Shown one piece after another: positions 11,026 to 25,451 of a stretch of 64,000 nucleotides of DNA. The position numbers and the translations under genes are program-made. Every line of letters begins with the position of its first letter. Within the stretch, counting starts at the first letter, position 1. The stretch spans positions 163,494,001 through 163,558,000 of the forward strand of contig OX597815.1 in assembly GCA_951406725.2 (NCBI GenBank), written 5' to 3'. A model generated the notes under the pieces. It had not been told where the DNA came from. It ran no database searches and worked only from the letters and a program-made list of their open reading frames with translations. This DNA comes from Octopus vulgaris (lineage: Eukaryota).

Positions 11026-11310
11026 TTATTGCTTATTTAGCTTGGGTTCGAATTTATCAATAAAATTCTTTTCTCTGATTTTCCTCTCGATTTCACTTGG
11101 GCTGTGTAATTTGTAGAATGGAAATATTATATATATTTTCCGACCACATGTTGCTAGGTGGTTACTCAAAGGTATCTGACGGACCTCTGGGTCTCTAATC
11201 TGTTGCCGGTGTACACGTGAGCGTTCTAATAGTGCGTTTCCCGTCTGACCTACATATATTTCTTCACAATTTGGGCATTTGATGCAGTAAATTAAATTTC
11301 TGCTTTTGCA
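11026..11310 (-). pseudogene. GIY-YIG endonuclease domain of a Penelope-like element (Neptune-like), open frame without a start
   Basis: CKSRNLIYCIKCPNCEEIYVGQTGNALLERSRVHRQQI..PLSNH..RKIREKNFIDKFEPKLN: LIY/YVG motifs, catalytic R, E and N, CxxC..H..H. Confidence 0.85.
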
Positions 11311-11311
11311 G

Positions 11312-11343
<32 letters not shown>

Positions 11344-11344
11344 C

Positions 11345-11957
11345 ATGGTAAATGTTTTTCATTTCCAAATTTTGTTCCTGTCGAATCTTATCCGTTATTT
11401 TTGTGGTTCTATGTGTTGAATTTCACCCTAAGTGTGGACTCCTTATGTGTATAAATATACACTATCGTATAACTAATAAATAGTCTTCTTGACTAATTTT
11501 TTACACGTTAGACCACTGGAAATGTAAATTTTGATTGAATATTTTAAATTTAATTAAATTCCATTTCCCTTTTGATATGATTAAACATTATAACTTTTTG
11601 GATAATTTTCGGTTAAAGTTGGCGGTTTATTGTAGCTAACGATAGGACTGCGATTGCGCAGAAAAATTTGAAAAGTTACTTCGTATAAACAGTAGACAGA
11701 TAGCAGTCCTTGTCTTCTGTCTTATATGTTTTAACGCCAGGTTGGCCCTCGCCGATGAAGATCAGACCTTGTGAGTTCCCCTGACTTGCTAAAAGAAGAT
11801 CAGAAACCAATTTTGGTCTGGGGTATTAAATGGTAAATGTTTTTCATTTCCAAATTTTGTTCCAGTCGAATCTTATCCGTTATTTTTGTGGTTCTATGTG
11901 TTGAATTTCACCCTAAGTGTAGATTCCTTATGTGTATAAATATACACTATCGTATAA
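11345..11957 (+). mobile_element. Non-coding 485-bp monomer with 128-bp terminal direct repeat and hammerhead motif (retrozyme/pLTR-like)
   Basis: 11345-11472 matches 11830-11957 (3 mismatches); HHR at 11746-11823: CCCUCG-CCGAUGA-A-GAUC..GAUC-A-GAAA-CCAAuuUUGG-UC|UGGGG; microsatellites on both sides. Confidence 0.75.
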
Positions 11958-11959
11958 AT

Positions 11960-11993
<34 letters not shown>

Positions 11994-12033
11994 CTATTTT
12001 TATATATATATAAACACATATATATATATATAT

Positions 12034-12083
<50 letters not shown>

Positions 12084-12167
12084 GCACATATACATATATA
12101 TATATATACAATTATATATATATAATATTTACACACATATAATAATGTGTATATAATATATATTATA

Positions 12168-12220
<53 letters not shown>

Positions 12221-12480
12221 TTGATGGAAGTCATAGATTTGACTTTTTTTCTTTGCAAAAAGCTGCTTAATTGATTAATAAATTTGTTTGCAGGTGAGAC
12301 AGTATACTAAGGGACATAAGAGACTACTAAAAAACAACTTGAAAGAAATATTTCAAGATCCAGACTAGAACTGAACGGTAGTGATGGTTCACACACACAC
12401 GCACACACACACATACACACACACACACATACGCAATTATGCGCACACACACATATATTATGCGAATATGTATGTACACG

Positions 12481-12511
<31 letters not shown>

Positions 12512-12534
12512 TTACAAAAAGAAATACATGTAGC

Positions 12535-12583
<49 letters not shown>

Positions 12584-12608
12584 GTGTGTGTGTTTTTGTG
12601 TGAGTGCG

Positions 12609-12652
<44 letters not shown>

Positions 12653-12657
12653 TGTGT

Positions 12658-12706
<49 letters not shown>

Positions 12707-12877
12707 CTTGAAAACGTTAAGAACTGAAAGCGCTTGCACATTTATAAAAGCAAAGGCTGCACACATTTTGTGAAATCTCTTCCCAAAGGTTAGCGACTTT
12801 CGACTTTCTAATTTCTCAATTTTAACTCTTTGCGAAAATCTTCGCCCCAAATATTACAACTGTATCAAGGAATTTCC

Positions 12878-12962
<85 letters not shown>

Positions 12963-13135
12963 TAAAATTATAAGTATATGAAAGAATGGAGTTGAACGAC
13001 TAGTTTACAAATATCCTTTATTCTCGACATATGTTTCGTAGCTTCAACCATGTTCTTTCTGATGTGAATTTGCTACCCAGGTATCGGTTATCTTTCGAAT
13101 TATCCTTAATAAGATAATTCATTCAACTACTCATA

Positions 13136-13195
<60 letters not shown>

Positions 13196-14549
13196 CTATA
13201 TACAGAGAGAGAGAGAGAGGAAAGAAAGATATGTTTGGATGTGTTTATATGTGCGAAAGACTTGAATAATCATTTTGATCAATTCCTTGTGATCAATATA
13301 TTTGGGTAACCAACAGAATATGTTTGTTCAATAGATGGGAAAACGTGTATATATATATATATAGCTTCATTTAATTATATGTGTGTGTGTGTATACATAT
13401 ATGCTGACCAACTAATACATGGGAAAATATACATACAAACACACACACAAACGTACGCACGCGCGCACACATAGACACACACACACACACACACACACGT
13501 ACCAACACACATACAAACACACGCGGGCACATATATACATACATATATTTATGTATTTATTTTTATATATCTAATTGTATTCACATAAGTATATGCTTAC
13601 TCGTAAATCCATATGCACTTTCCAATGTGTCTTAATATTGATATGCATGTGTATGTGTCATGTGTGTGTGTGTATGTGTGTGTGTGAGAGAGAGAGAGAG
13701 TGAGTGACTGTGTATGTGTGTGTGCATGTGCGTATGTTTGGCGCGGTTTCTTCTGGAAACAATTGACAAATGTTCGGTCAGGTCGTGATTTTACATCAAA
13801 CAACAGTCATCCAGTCATCAAAAATCAGCCAATCAACCAACCAACCAGCCAACCAACCAGTCAGGCAGTTAGCCGTATAACCGATTAACCGGCAAAGAAT
13901 CTAAGAAACAAACAAGCGTATAGTAAGAATCGAACCAACAATCATTAGCGCAAATACTCCGACAAACATTACAAACATAGATAGAAATATCGAAAAATAA
14001 ATAAAGATAAATGAAACACTAATACAATACAATAAAAAAGAGACAAATATGACACGCATAAATGAAAAATCTTATCGTAAACGAATGAAAAAATGGCGTA
14101 GCAAAAATATACAAAATAAATCAAACGTATCAATTTTTTATTAACGCAAATTTCTCCATTTTGCTGTAACTTTTTCAGTATTTTTTTTTGTCATTCATTT
14201 CTTTCATGTATTGTTTGTTTTGTTCATTCATCCATTCAGTCATTGTTTTTCTTTCTTTTTCGTTCCTTTTACAATCATTAAAAAAAAATTTCATTCTATC
14301 TTGTATTAGCTTCTCCTTCCTCTTATCCTCTGTTTATGTAATTTTTGCCTCTGTATTTTCCTTCCGTCATTCTCTCTCTCTCTCTTTCTCTTCTTTGCTT
14401 CTTTGTTTTTCTTTCTTTTATGGTTCTTTACTTTTGTTTTATTTTTGTTTTGCTTTTAGCTTTCATTCGTTCCTTCTACAATTTTCTTTATTTCTCTCAC
14501 ATTATCAAATCACAAATCGGAAATTCTGGTGTCAAAAACGAATACAGAG

Positions 14550-14917
14550 GCAAATGATACGTACATACATACATACACACACACACATACACACACACAC
14601 ACACGTACATACACACACACACACATACATACATACATACATATATACATACGTGCATACATAAATACATACATACACACATACACACATATGCACATAC
14701 GTATGTGTGTGTATGCATGCAAATATAAATATTGTATATGCATGTCTGCCCGCATTTTGTACATACATACGTACATTCATACATACATACATGCATAGAG
14801 ACACACATACATACTCATATATACATAAATACGTACATACATACATACAGTGAGACATACGTACGTACACGTATATATGTATATAAATTTATATACATAT
14901 ATATGTATATGTATATA

Positions 14918-15012
<95 letters not shown>
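14550..15012. repeat. Compound (CA)/(TACA)/(TA) microsatellite
   Basis: Seen directly. Confidence 0.95.
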
Positions 15013-15016
<4 letters not shown>

Positions 15017-15149
15017 TCATAGTAATACTCTTATTTCCTCTTGTTATCCATGCAACCATCTTACCAAAGGATGAGTTGCTGTATCTAGCCAACGATTATT
15101 TTGTTTTAATAATTGCTGAAGATACATTCTTCATTCTCTGTTTTGAAAT

Positions 15150-15600
15150 TCCTCTCACATAATCTCTGAAATATTCATAATGCCGCAATCTCTGATACTC
15201 TCTGCAGGCTTCGAATACATACGCCGCAATTCTTCTTAAGCCCAATACCAATCAGGTAGGGCATAATTGATCTAGCTACATTTTCACTACGTCCTACCTC
15301 TAAGGGAAATACTATGTAAAGAACTATTTTCGGGACTCACAACTCTTATTAAATCCCTCATATATTAGCTCTCCCTTTTATATATATCCACTCCATGATT
15401 CCTTTTTATGATATCATTAACTCGACAACCAGAACTTGTCAAGACATACCATAATGCTGGAGCGTTATTTCAATATCGATTGGGAACAAGAACGTTTCTT
15501 GCAGATCCAACATATTTATCGGTTTGTTGGATGTTGAAACTTCATGTTATCACTACAACTGACAGTTCTTCGTTTCTGTTTCTCTCTTGAAGGTCACTAT
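15150..15600 (-). pseudogene. Decayed RLE-endonuclease C-terminus of a HERO-like non-LTR retrotransposon
   Basis: Minus-strand pieces DLQETFLFPIDIEIT..VLVVELM..FPLEVGRS..ARS..YLIGIG match the recalled DL..L.FP..I..T / ELTVP / P.EVGCRG pattern; many frameshifts. Confidence 0.55.
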
Positions 15601-15654
15601 AAAAGGATTCTGATTTTCTGATTTTTATCGGTATCGGGATATACATGTAAGTAT

Positions 15655-15706
<52 letters not shown>

Positions 15707-15880
15707 TTATATATTTACGTATGTGTTTGTGGGTGTATATGTATGTATGTATGTATGTATGTACGTATGTATATATTCAAGTGGAAACTAGCGAGAGATC
15801 AGTGAGTTGTCGTCACTGGAAAAAGTATATATATATATATTTGCATAGAGAACCACATCCCTTCGCCAACAGGTGGTTGT

Positions 15881-15925
15881 CATACGCTGATGAGGGGTCA
15901 ACACCCAGAAACTCGGGTCCGTGTG
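15881..15925 (+). ncRNA. Type I hammerhead ribozyme, intact core
   Basis: CAUACG-CUGAUGA-G-GGGU-caac-ACCC-A-GAAA-CUCGGG-UC|CGUGUG; 6-bp stem I; predicted cut after C15919. Confidence 0.8.
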
Positions 15926-16057
15926 TATCACGACAGGCTGGAGATGGGAAATACTGATAGGGCACAGAAAGTGTGTCAATAGCCAGCTGGAGGAGATGTC
16001 GTCATGGGACTACAAGCTACAATAGCATCAACCCTTAAGGGTTAGCCACATTTAGGA

Positions 16058-16158
<101 letters not shown>

Positions 16159-16281
16159 GTATGTATATATATATATATATATGTATATATATGTATGTAT
16201 ATATATATATACATATAAATATATATATATGTATATATGTATATATATGTATATATGTGTATATATATATATGTGTGTGTA

Positions 16282-16617
<336 letters not shown>

Positions 16618-16626
16618 GTATGTATG

Positions 16627-16669
<43 letters not shown>

Positions 16670-16823
16670 ATGTATATATATATATATATATATCTGTGTG
16701 TGTGTGTGTATGTATATGTATATTTAAGAAAAAATGTAAAAACGCATAGGAGATTTGTATAATAAAATCTATGTTAATATTAATATCATAATTGTATAAC
16801 AACATTGTATAATAAAATAAACT

Positions 16824-16862
16824 GGGAGTACCGATTTCGCGTCTTACGCTTATCAAACTTCC
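16824..16862 (-). ncRNA. Degenerate hammerhead motif
   Basis: Minus strand: UUGAUAA-GCGU-aag-ACGC-GAAA-UCGG-UA|CUCC; two transitions in the core. Confidence 0.5.
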
Positions 16863-17099
16863 AAAGTCTCAGTTTTAACTCATGGGGACGCCATTTTTGT
16901 TGTTGACAATAATTTTTGCAGTCAAGGGATGTAACTCTTCAATTTATTTGAAAATTACAAGTTACTTTCAAAATATTGCTAGGATCTTTGGACTGATATT
17001 CTTAATGTATACAGATATGTGTGAGATATACACAAGTGGTTCATTTAACTACTGTAAATACATATGATACTTCTTCACATGTAAAATTTAGACACAGGT

Positions 17100-17930
17100 C
17101 AAATGGGTATGTATTCGAGCGAAGCTAATTCTCGTCGAACTTTCGAATATCAACGAACACCATTTCGGAAATACACAACACTGTATCCAGTCATGACCCA
17201 CCTCCAACAAATAAGTGAATCGTTAGTCTCAGCTTAGGAAGATTGCTTACTAATAGTTAACGTCACTAAAATTCACAGTGATCCTCATTCCAAGTTCATT
17301 CAACAACACATTGACCCATCAACAGCAACCAAATTGAAATGGTCTTCCTTACGTAGGTACCAATCTTTTCTTGAAATGAGACCTTCATTAACGAGATATG
17401 TGCAGCCCAATTTGCGTATAGAGAGCTTTATCAAAGATTCTTCAAGAACAGTGGATACAAATCTACTAAGAAACTGGCCGTGTATAGATATCAAAACATT
17501 TATTTATACATACAAGACGTGGATTCTTATCGACGTCGCACCAAACATCTCGAATAGCTCCACCAATTAAAGCTTCGTGCGTTTCTAGGCATTAACTGAG
17601 AAGGAAAAAAAATGATCAAAATTTATGTTTTGGAACAAGCAAAAGTGACAAGCATCGAAGCAATAAACATGAGTCATCAGCTGAAATGGATTGACCATGT
17701 TGAAAATATGGACAAAGAACTCCTAAAAACTCTTTCATTTTGAACTGTTAAACAGGTGAACATCACCATGGGAGACTAAAACTAAGAGATGACATGAGTC
17801 AGAATCGTACACTCTACAGTGTCCAATAGAAAGGGCGCGGAACAGTCTTGGATTAGGGAACAATTGGAAAATTTCTGTAATCTTGTCTGCTAATTCCTTG
17901 AGTGAGAGAGAAAAGATAAATAGTGCCTAA
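17100..17930 (+). pseudogene. Decayed RTE-clade LINE, RT C-terminal region
   Basis: Frames give KTWIL/YRRRTKHLE*LHQLKLRAFLGIN* and LEQAKVTSIEAINMSHQLKWIDHVENMD, matching RTE 'ETWTLYRRH..LR.ILGI.W' and 'SIE..QLRW.GHV.RM'. Confidence 0.7.
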
Positions 17931-18132
17931 GGGAGCACATCAGAAAGAAAAATCACTCACTGTCAGTTGTCAACAATCGTCGTAAAAGCCATCAACCACC
18001 CTATGCAGAAAATATTCTCAAAGGTTTCAAACGGACCTGAGTTTCGAATGCCTCATAAAATCCCGAATTACAAATATTAGTATACCAAATAAAAGCAATT
18101 AAAGTGGGTGGGTTTTGAGAAAGTTAACAACG

Positions 18133-18269
<137 letters not shown>

Positions 18270-18371
18270 CTAGCTAGCTATTTACTTAGTAGATTATAAT
18301 AATAAGTAGATGTGCTTGAAGAGGACACAACTTCGATTTTTCCTTACCAATATATATATATATATATATAT

Positions 18372-18580
18372 TCTTTTACTTGTTTCAATCATTTACTGCG
18401 GTCATGCTGGAGCACAGCCTTGAAGGGTTTTAGTCCAATAAATCGACCCTTGGACATATATCTTAAGGCTAGCACTTATTCTATTGGTCTCTTTGTCGAA
18501 CCGCTAAGTTACGGGAACGTAAGCTCACTAACACCGGTTGTCAAGCTGTGATGGGGAGACAAACAAAAACACACACACAC
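18372..18580 (-). mobile_element. SINE family B, 3' half
   Basis: tcttttacttgtttcaatc..gaaccgctaagttacggg..gtcaagc. Confidence 0.75.
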
Positions 18581-18963
18581 AAATTTAACTGGAGGGTATG
18601 CTAACCTCGTGAAGAAATGATTGCATCCCAGGAAATACTGGTTCAATACCTAGTATTGTTAGGGAAAGGAATTCCCTTAAAAAATAGGTTTATATTAAGC
18701 ATATAGTCAACTGAAACGAATTGATAGGTCCAAATATAACATCCCATGGTAGATCTTTTTGCTCTGAGGAAATCATGTTCATGTCACATAAGTGCATTTA
18801 ATGTACAAATTCTTAATTAGATTTTTGAGTATTAATTGAAACTGTTGTAAGCAGCGAAGACAATCAATTTCTTAATAATAAATAATTGCTAGCACCTTTA
18901 TCTCCACTTTCTCTTCCATATGTATATATATATATATACATAGATAGATAAATAGACAGACAG

Positions 18964-19249
<286 letters not shown>

Positions 19250-19991
19250 TATATATTCACATACATACATACATACATACATACATACATACATACATAC
19301 ATACATACATACATACATACATGCATGCATACATATATGAGTGTGTGTGTATAGTATATGTATATGTGTGTACACACACACGCATATGTATATATATATA
19401 TGTATATATATTTAAACCATGCTATGGGCCCTTAAGTTCTTCATGGACTCTAAGGTACGGTGCGATTTATATATATATATATATATCCTTACGGATCCCA
19501 TCCCTTCCTACGTCTGACTATAATCGATTTCATGCAACTTCAAGAGAGGGGAAAATGAATCTAAGCATAGGATTTGTATTTTACATATCAACTCCGAATG
19601 TACGAATGGCTAAGTTAACTTGGACAAGATTTGAAACTAGAGCAGATATCTGGGACAATGACAATCTGCCCGACGATTTAACGGTTCTGCCAATTGGCGG
19701 TATCATAAGGCACAGATCTAAACACTCACAAACACATACACACATACGCACGCGCGCTCGCGCTCATGCAAGTATATTGTTGACAAATGTTTGTGTAGAG
19801 GTATGTTTATGCATATGTATATAGATATAAATACATACAGAGAGCGAGAGACAGAGATGGCAAGAGAGAGGGAAAAAGATAGCGAGCGAGAGCTAGAGAG
19901 AGAGACAGAGAGAAAGAGAGAGACAAACAAACAGAAAGGCACTATATGCCTATATATATGTGCACAGATATGCATGCATATATACATACAC

Positions 19992-20042
<51 letters not shown>

Positions 20043-20357
20043 CAGACAGGGAGAGACACAGAGAGAGATAGAGAGAGAGAGTGAGAGAGAGAAAAAGAGA
20101 GAGGCAGACAGACAGACAGATAGACGGACAGACAGATAGACGGACAGACAGATAGACGGACAGAAAGACACGTATGAACCTCTACGGATGCTTATTGAAC
20201 ATTGAACATTTTACTCATACACTTTTACGCGTATAACACTGACATTATACACGAAAATATTCTATGTCCAACAAAAACTAATTATAAAGCACACACATAC
20301 ATACACTCACACACAGACACATACGCACGCCTACACACTTTCACGCACACTCATATA

Positions 20358-20392
<35 letters not shown>

Positions 20393-20441
20393 CCATATAC
20401 ATACATACATATATACACATACATACATATATATATATTCA

Positions 20442-20473
<32 letters not shown>

Positions 20474-20585
20474 ATACATATACAGATATATACATATACA
20501 TATATATATACATAAATACGTGCATACATATATACATACGTGCAAAAACTACATATACATGCATACGCTCATGCACACATACATA

Positions 20586-20642
<57 letters not shown>

Positions 20643-21010
20643 GCATACATATATACACACGTGCATAAATAGACACAGTCAGACACAGAAATATATACAC
20701 AAGCATATAAAGACAACTTGTTTCGTAACAACTTGACCTATAACTAGAAATAACAGCTAAATATATCTCATTCAAATCACACAATGCCTTGCTATAATAA
20801 TGGGAAAGGCAACATTATGTAATGCAAATATAAATATAGATATAGATGTAACTATACTTAGAACAAAAAAAAAACATGGGCTTTGATCATGTATGTGTTC
20901 AATGAAGCTTGGCCCTGGGTTAAACAACCACGATAGCAACAACAATTGACCACATACACATATATGTTTTATACGTGTGTGCCGGTGTGTTTGTGCGATA
21001 TAAATACATA

Positions 21011-21058
<48 letters not shown>

Positions 21059-21591
21059 GCTGAAATGGGAGATATTTCAGTGAACGCTTCTCCAAAATAA
21101 AATAACTCTTTTACTTTAAAGGTAATATTTTTGCAATAATATATGAATAATAGTCTGTATTTCCGTTTGTATTTCTCTGTGTTTGTACAAAAATATATCT
21201 TCATTCGTTGTTGTTTCCTGTGATGTATCGGAAAGTACATCATTTTAACTCATTTGATAATATTATTTAAGGGAAAACAATGCTGATTCCAACTTTTTTT
21301 TTATCTTCACGTTATTTAATAATACATACACCGACAGAAATGTAAGCGATGTAAGGTTGACAAGCAATATAACTGACTGTGTATACATGTATATGTATGT
21401 AGGTATGTATGTATGTATGTATGTATGTATGTATGTATGTATGTATGTATGTATGTATGTATGTATGTATATAACATACAATATATATATATATATACAC
21501 ATAATTATATAATATATATATATATCTATATATAATATACAATATATATAAATATATATATATACACGCACATATATATATACAAACATTA

Positions 21592-21638
<47 letters not shown>

Positions 21639-21867
21639 CATATATACACACAGCAAATTCGCAGAAAATGGCTAGGCACACACATACACACATGCACACG
21701 CACAAACACATACGTACACATAAATGTGTATATGTGTGTATACATTTATATCTATGTATGTGTATATGCATGTACGCATGTATATGTGTGTTTGTATTTA
21801 TCCACACATTCATGCATGTCAATACTCTTGGATGTAGCTGTAAACAGTCAATGCGTTTCGTTGTAGT

Positions 21868-21884
21868 TGTTATTATTATTATTA

Positions 21885-21960
<76 letters not shown>

Positions 21961-22006
21961 CGTTATTATTATTATTATCATTAGTATTATTATTAGTATT
22001 ATTATT
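21868..22006. repeat. (TTA)n microsatellite
   Basis: Seen directly. Confidence 0.95.
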
Positions 22007-22775
22007 AATTTGTTTTCTTCCTCTATAATATTGCTATTAGAAATCAAACTACCAACCGTTCAGTTATTTATTGATGTTTTGACGAAAAAGTGCAATAAAA
22101 ACTGGAAAACTCGACGATAAAATACAAAAATAAACATTTCGAACGAACCGAAGATATATAAAAAGTGTATGTATATAATTCCGGCTTACTTACTTAGAAA
22201 GCCACAGAAGAAAAAAATCCTCATAAATAAAGCAACAAATACGATTTTTTTTGTAAAAAATAGGAAACAAAACGAAACTACAGTACATCATATAAATATA
22301 AATAAGGCAACTAAATGTAAATTTTTCACATATTCTCTGAAAGTGACTGTTTTTTCGATGAATTTAATGTTGCTTAAATCTCTGGCAGATTTTAGACAAA
22401 AAAACCCCAAACAAAACAAAACATGCAATGAATTTATCTCGCTGGACTTAGTTTGTACATCAAACTTTTATTTCCTTCGATTATGTCATAAATCAAACCA
22501 CCAGGAACATATTCTTCTGTTCTTCTCTCTTTTCTATGGGTTAGATTAGCATCGAGAAGTTTTTTGTAAAAGGCTGACACTATTCGGTGAACTAATATGG
22601 CCGATAGTTTACGAAGAAGCTTGCGTATCGATTAAATTATTCTATTAGAAGAATATCGAATAAATATGTTGAGACTTTAATATGTAAGAGACTGTTTTCT
22701 TCTTGTTTAAACTCCAGGTCAACCAAGATGGAGCAGACATATGAAAAATGTAATTTTGAGCAGGGGTGCACGATG

Positions 22776-22900
22776 AAGGCGTGTGGCGTAGGAGTTAGAC
22801 TGTTTAGCTCACAATCTCGAAATATTTAGTTCAATTCTCGATCCAAATGGCGGATGCGTTGTGTTCCTGAGCAATTTGAATTTCACTTCACGTTACTCTC
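22776..22900 (+). mobile_element. SINE family C, degenerate 5' part
   Basis: gaaggcgtgtggc..gcgttgtgttcctgagcaa..ttcacgtt resembles the 27110 copy. Confidence 0.5.
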
Positions 22901-23734
22901 AACTAGTACCACTTGAATGTTGATGCAATCATCTTCCCTCGAGCTGTCAAGCCTGAGGTGTTTCAGTGAATTTAAGGTAAAGGGTCCGACAAGGTGGCTA
23001 GGTCTGCTGGTGACTTTGTAGGCATCTTAAACAATTATCGTTAATAAAAATAAAACACGGTACATGTTTACAGCCGTACAGACGGTTGGTTGCATGTAAC
23101 TTATTTTTGCAGACATTCATTATCTAGTATTATATTCTTCAACGAGACCGTCATTTTAAGAAATGACAGTATAATTTGAAGGAAATATGACTGCTGCTTA
23201 GAACATGGCGAGCGACCATATAAGGGTCCATATATGTAATTTCTTTTTGTTATTTTTCAAAAATATTTTTCTTGTTGTGTGTACAGAGAAAAAGGTCAAA
23301 GGATCAGCATGACTGTAATTTAAACGGTGCATTTTCAGCTTTTCCGTGGAGTCGATCCCAAGAAAAAAAGTAAAAGAAGAGAGAAAGGGAGGGAGTGAAG
23401 AGAGGGAGAGACGGAGAGAAAGAGAAGGAGAGAGAGATAAGGGGAGATGGAGAGGGGAAGAGAGAAGGGGAAAATAAGAGGGAGAGCATTTTACCTCAAA
23501 TACTTCAATATTTGACTGGAATTTTCATCGATGTAGTCGGATAAAAGGCGAAGGATAAAAGGCGAAGTTGAACTCGATGTGATTTTGAGACGAGAATAGA
23601 GAGCTGCAGCCAAAAATACTGCAAGGCAGTTTATCTACACTTTTACCGCTCATCCTTTTGCTGCACTGTATGTGCAATGCATTTAAATTTTTAATGACTT
23701 TGGACGCCAAGTAAATATATATATATATAACTAT

Positions 23735-24044
23735 AAACGTCGCCCTTTTCAAGCCTAGCCAGGATCATGAGCCCGGTTTCCCGGTTTCTGTGGTGTATGT
23801 GTTCCCCCCTCCGCTGGACGGGACGCCAGTCCATCGCAGCGTTACTCAAGAAACAGGAAGCGAGAGTGAGAGAAAGTTGTAGCGAAAGACTACAACAGGG
23901 GTCGCCACCCACCCCCTGTCGGAGCCTCGTGGAACTTTTAGGTGTTTTTGCTCAATAACCACACACAACGCCCGGTCTGGGAACTGAAACTGCGATCCTC
24001 CGACCGCGAGTCTGCTGCCCTAACCACTGGGCCATTGCGCCTCC
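23735..24044 (-). mobile_element. SINE family D (tRNA head, V-SINE-like segment)
   Basis: Head ggaggcgcaatggcccagtggttagggcagc; ctgcgatggactggcgtcccgtccag resembles the recalled V-domain; second copy at 38656-38941. Confidence 0.8.
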
Positions 24045-24057
24045 ACACACACACACG

Positions 24058-24190
<133 letters not shown>

Positions 24191-24289
24191 GCACGTAAAT
24201 ATAGAGATACATTTATGTATATTATAAGAAGAAAATGGAGAGTTTATGAGGTAAACATCTATTTATTAACATATTGTCAATTTCATATT

Positions 24290-24382
24290 ACCTACAATTG
24301 TTTCCGTATTCACTCCATTCAAATTACACATAATAAATTAAAGATGTATTTGAAAATATTGAGTTGAATATTTCTTCAGGGT
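24290..24382 (-). ncRNA. Type I hammerhead motif with long stem II, intact core
   Basis: ACC-CUGAAGA-aa-UAUUCAACUC..GAGUGAAUA-cg-GAAA-CAAUUG-UA|GGU. Confidence 0.65.
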
Positions 24383-25273
24383 GAGGAATTGACATGAATA
24401 GGAATCATATCTTAATCGATCGAGTGATCATCGACAGACTCAACTCATTAACAGTTGTTTATTTATGTGTGCGTGTGCGAGTTCATGTTTTTTTTTGTAA
24501 ACCTGTTACATGTGTATATGCAATTTTGTTTTTATTTCTATTTGTTTCTATGTGTTTGCATTAACATATTTGGAAACAAAGGAACTGTTAGATTTGCTTG
24601 AAAATACTTTTCAGTATACAGTTAACGGTAAGTAAATTTATTTATTTCCTAAATTTCTATTATTAATAGTGAGAGTATGAAATGTTAGTGTAGTTTATAT
24701 AAGTTAATTAAAAATTATTTTCTAAAGCTACTTAGTCATAATTGCTGTTGTTAAGGGTTAATCGCAAATTTTTAAATTATTCAACTTTTACTATTAATCC
24801 AGTTATACACAGTTTACAGTGTATAACCTGATGACCGCGATGGATTCAATTTACTTACTATAACATGGTAGTTGCATTTCTACGTTATAAAGATTTGCGT
24901 TGCATATATTTTATTTATTATCATTATTATATAAAACAAATACAATAGGACAATATTCGAGAAATGCACCTTTATTCACAAAACTATATCTATTAAAAAA
25001 TTAATTTATACCTTATTTCGCTTTTCATTCACTTTTTTGCTTCACTTTTTTATTTCACTTTATCGTAGGTAAAATGAAATTGACAATATGTTAATAAATT
25101 GATATTTGTCTGTTAAACTCCCCATTTTCTTATCATATACAAAAATGAAAATATACCCATTTGTATCGAAGTGAAACTAACGTCTTTTTTATTATTTCAC
25201 CGACTCATAAGATTAAACCGGGAAACTTAGATGCTAATATACCTTCAAGAGGTATCTATATCCTCACAATAAC

Positions 25274-25451
<178 letters not shown>

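Larger units (their letters stand above)
10340..11312 (-). mobile_element. 5'-truncated Penelope-like retroelement (GIY-YIG, 3' UTR, HHR), flanked by (TA)n
   Basis: GIY-YIG frame, downstream hammerhead motif and AATAAA all on the same strand; (TA)n on both sides. Confidence 0.8.

Noticed and set aside
23975-24044. tRNA genes at SINE heads (also 27110, 38880, 41902)
   Set aside because: A and B boxes are present, but there is no acceptor stem and each continues into a SINE body.
24802-24875. CTGATGA after a 9-bp hairpin, as a possible hammerhead
   Set aside because: No GAAA and no stem II; at best an unrecognisable relic.
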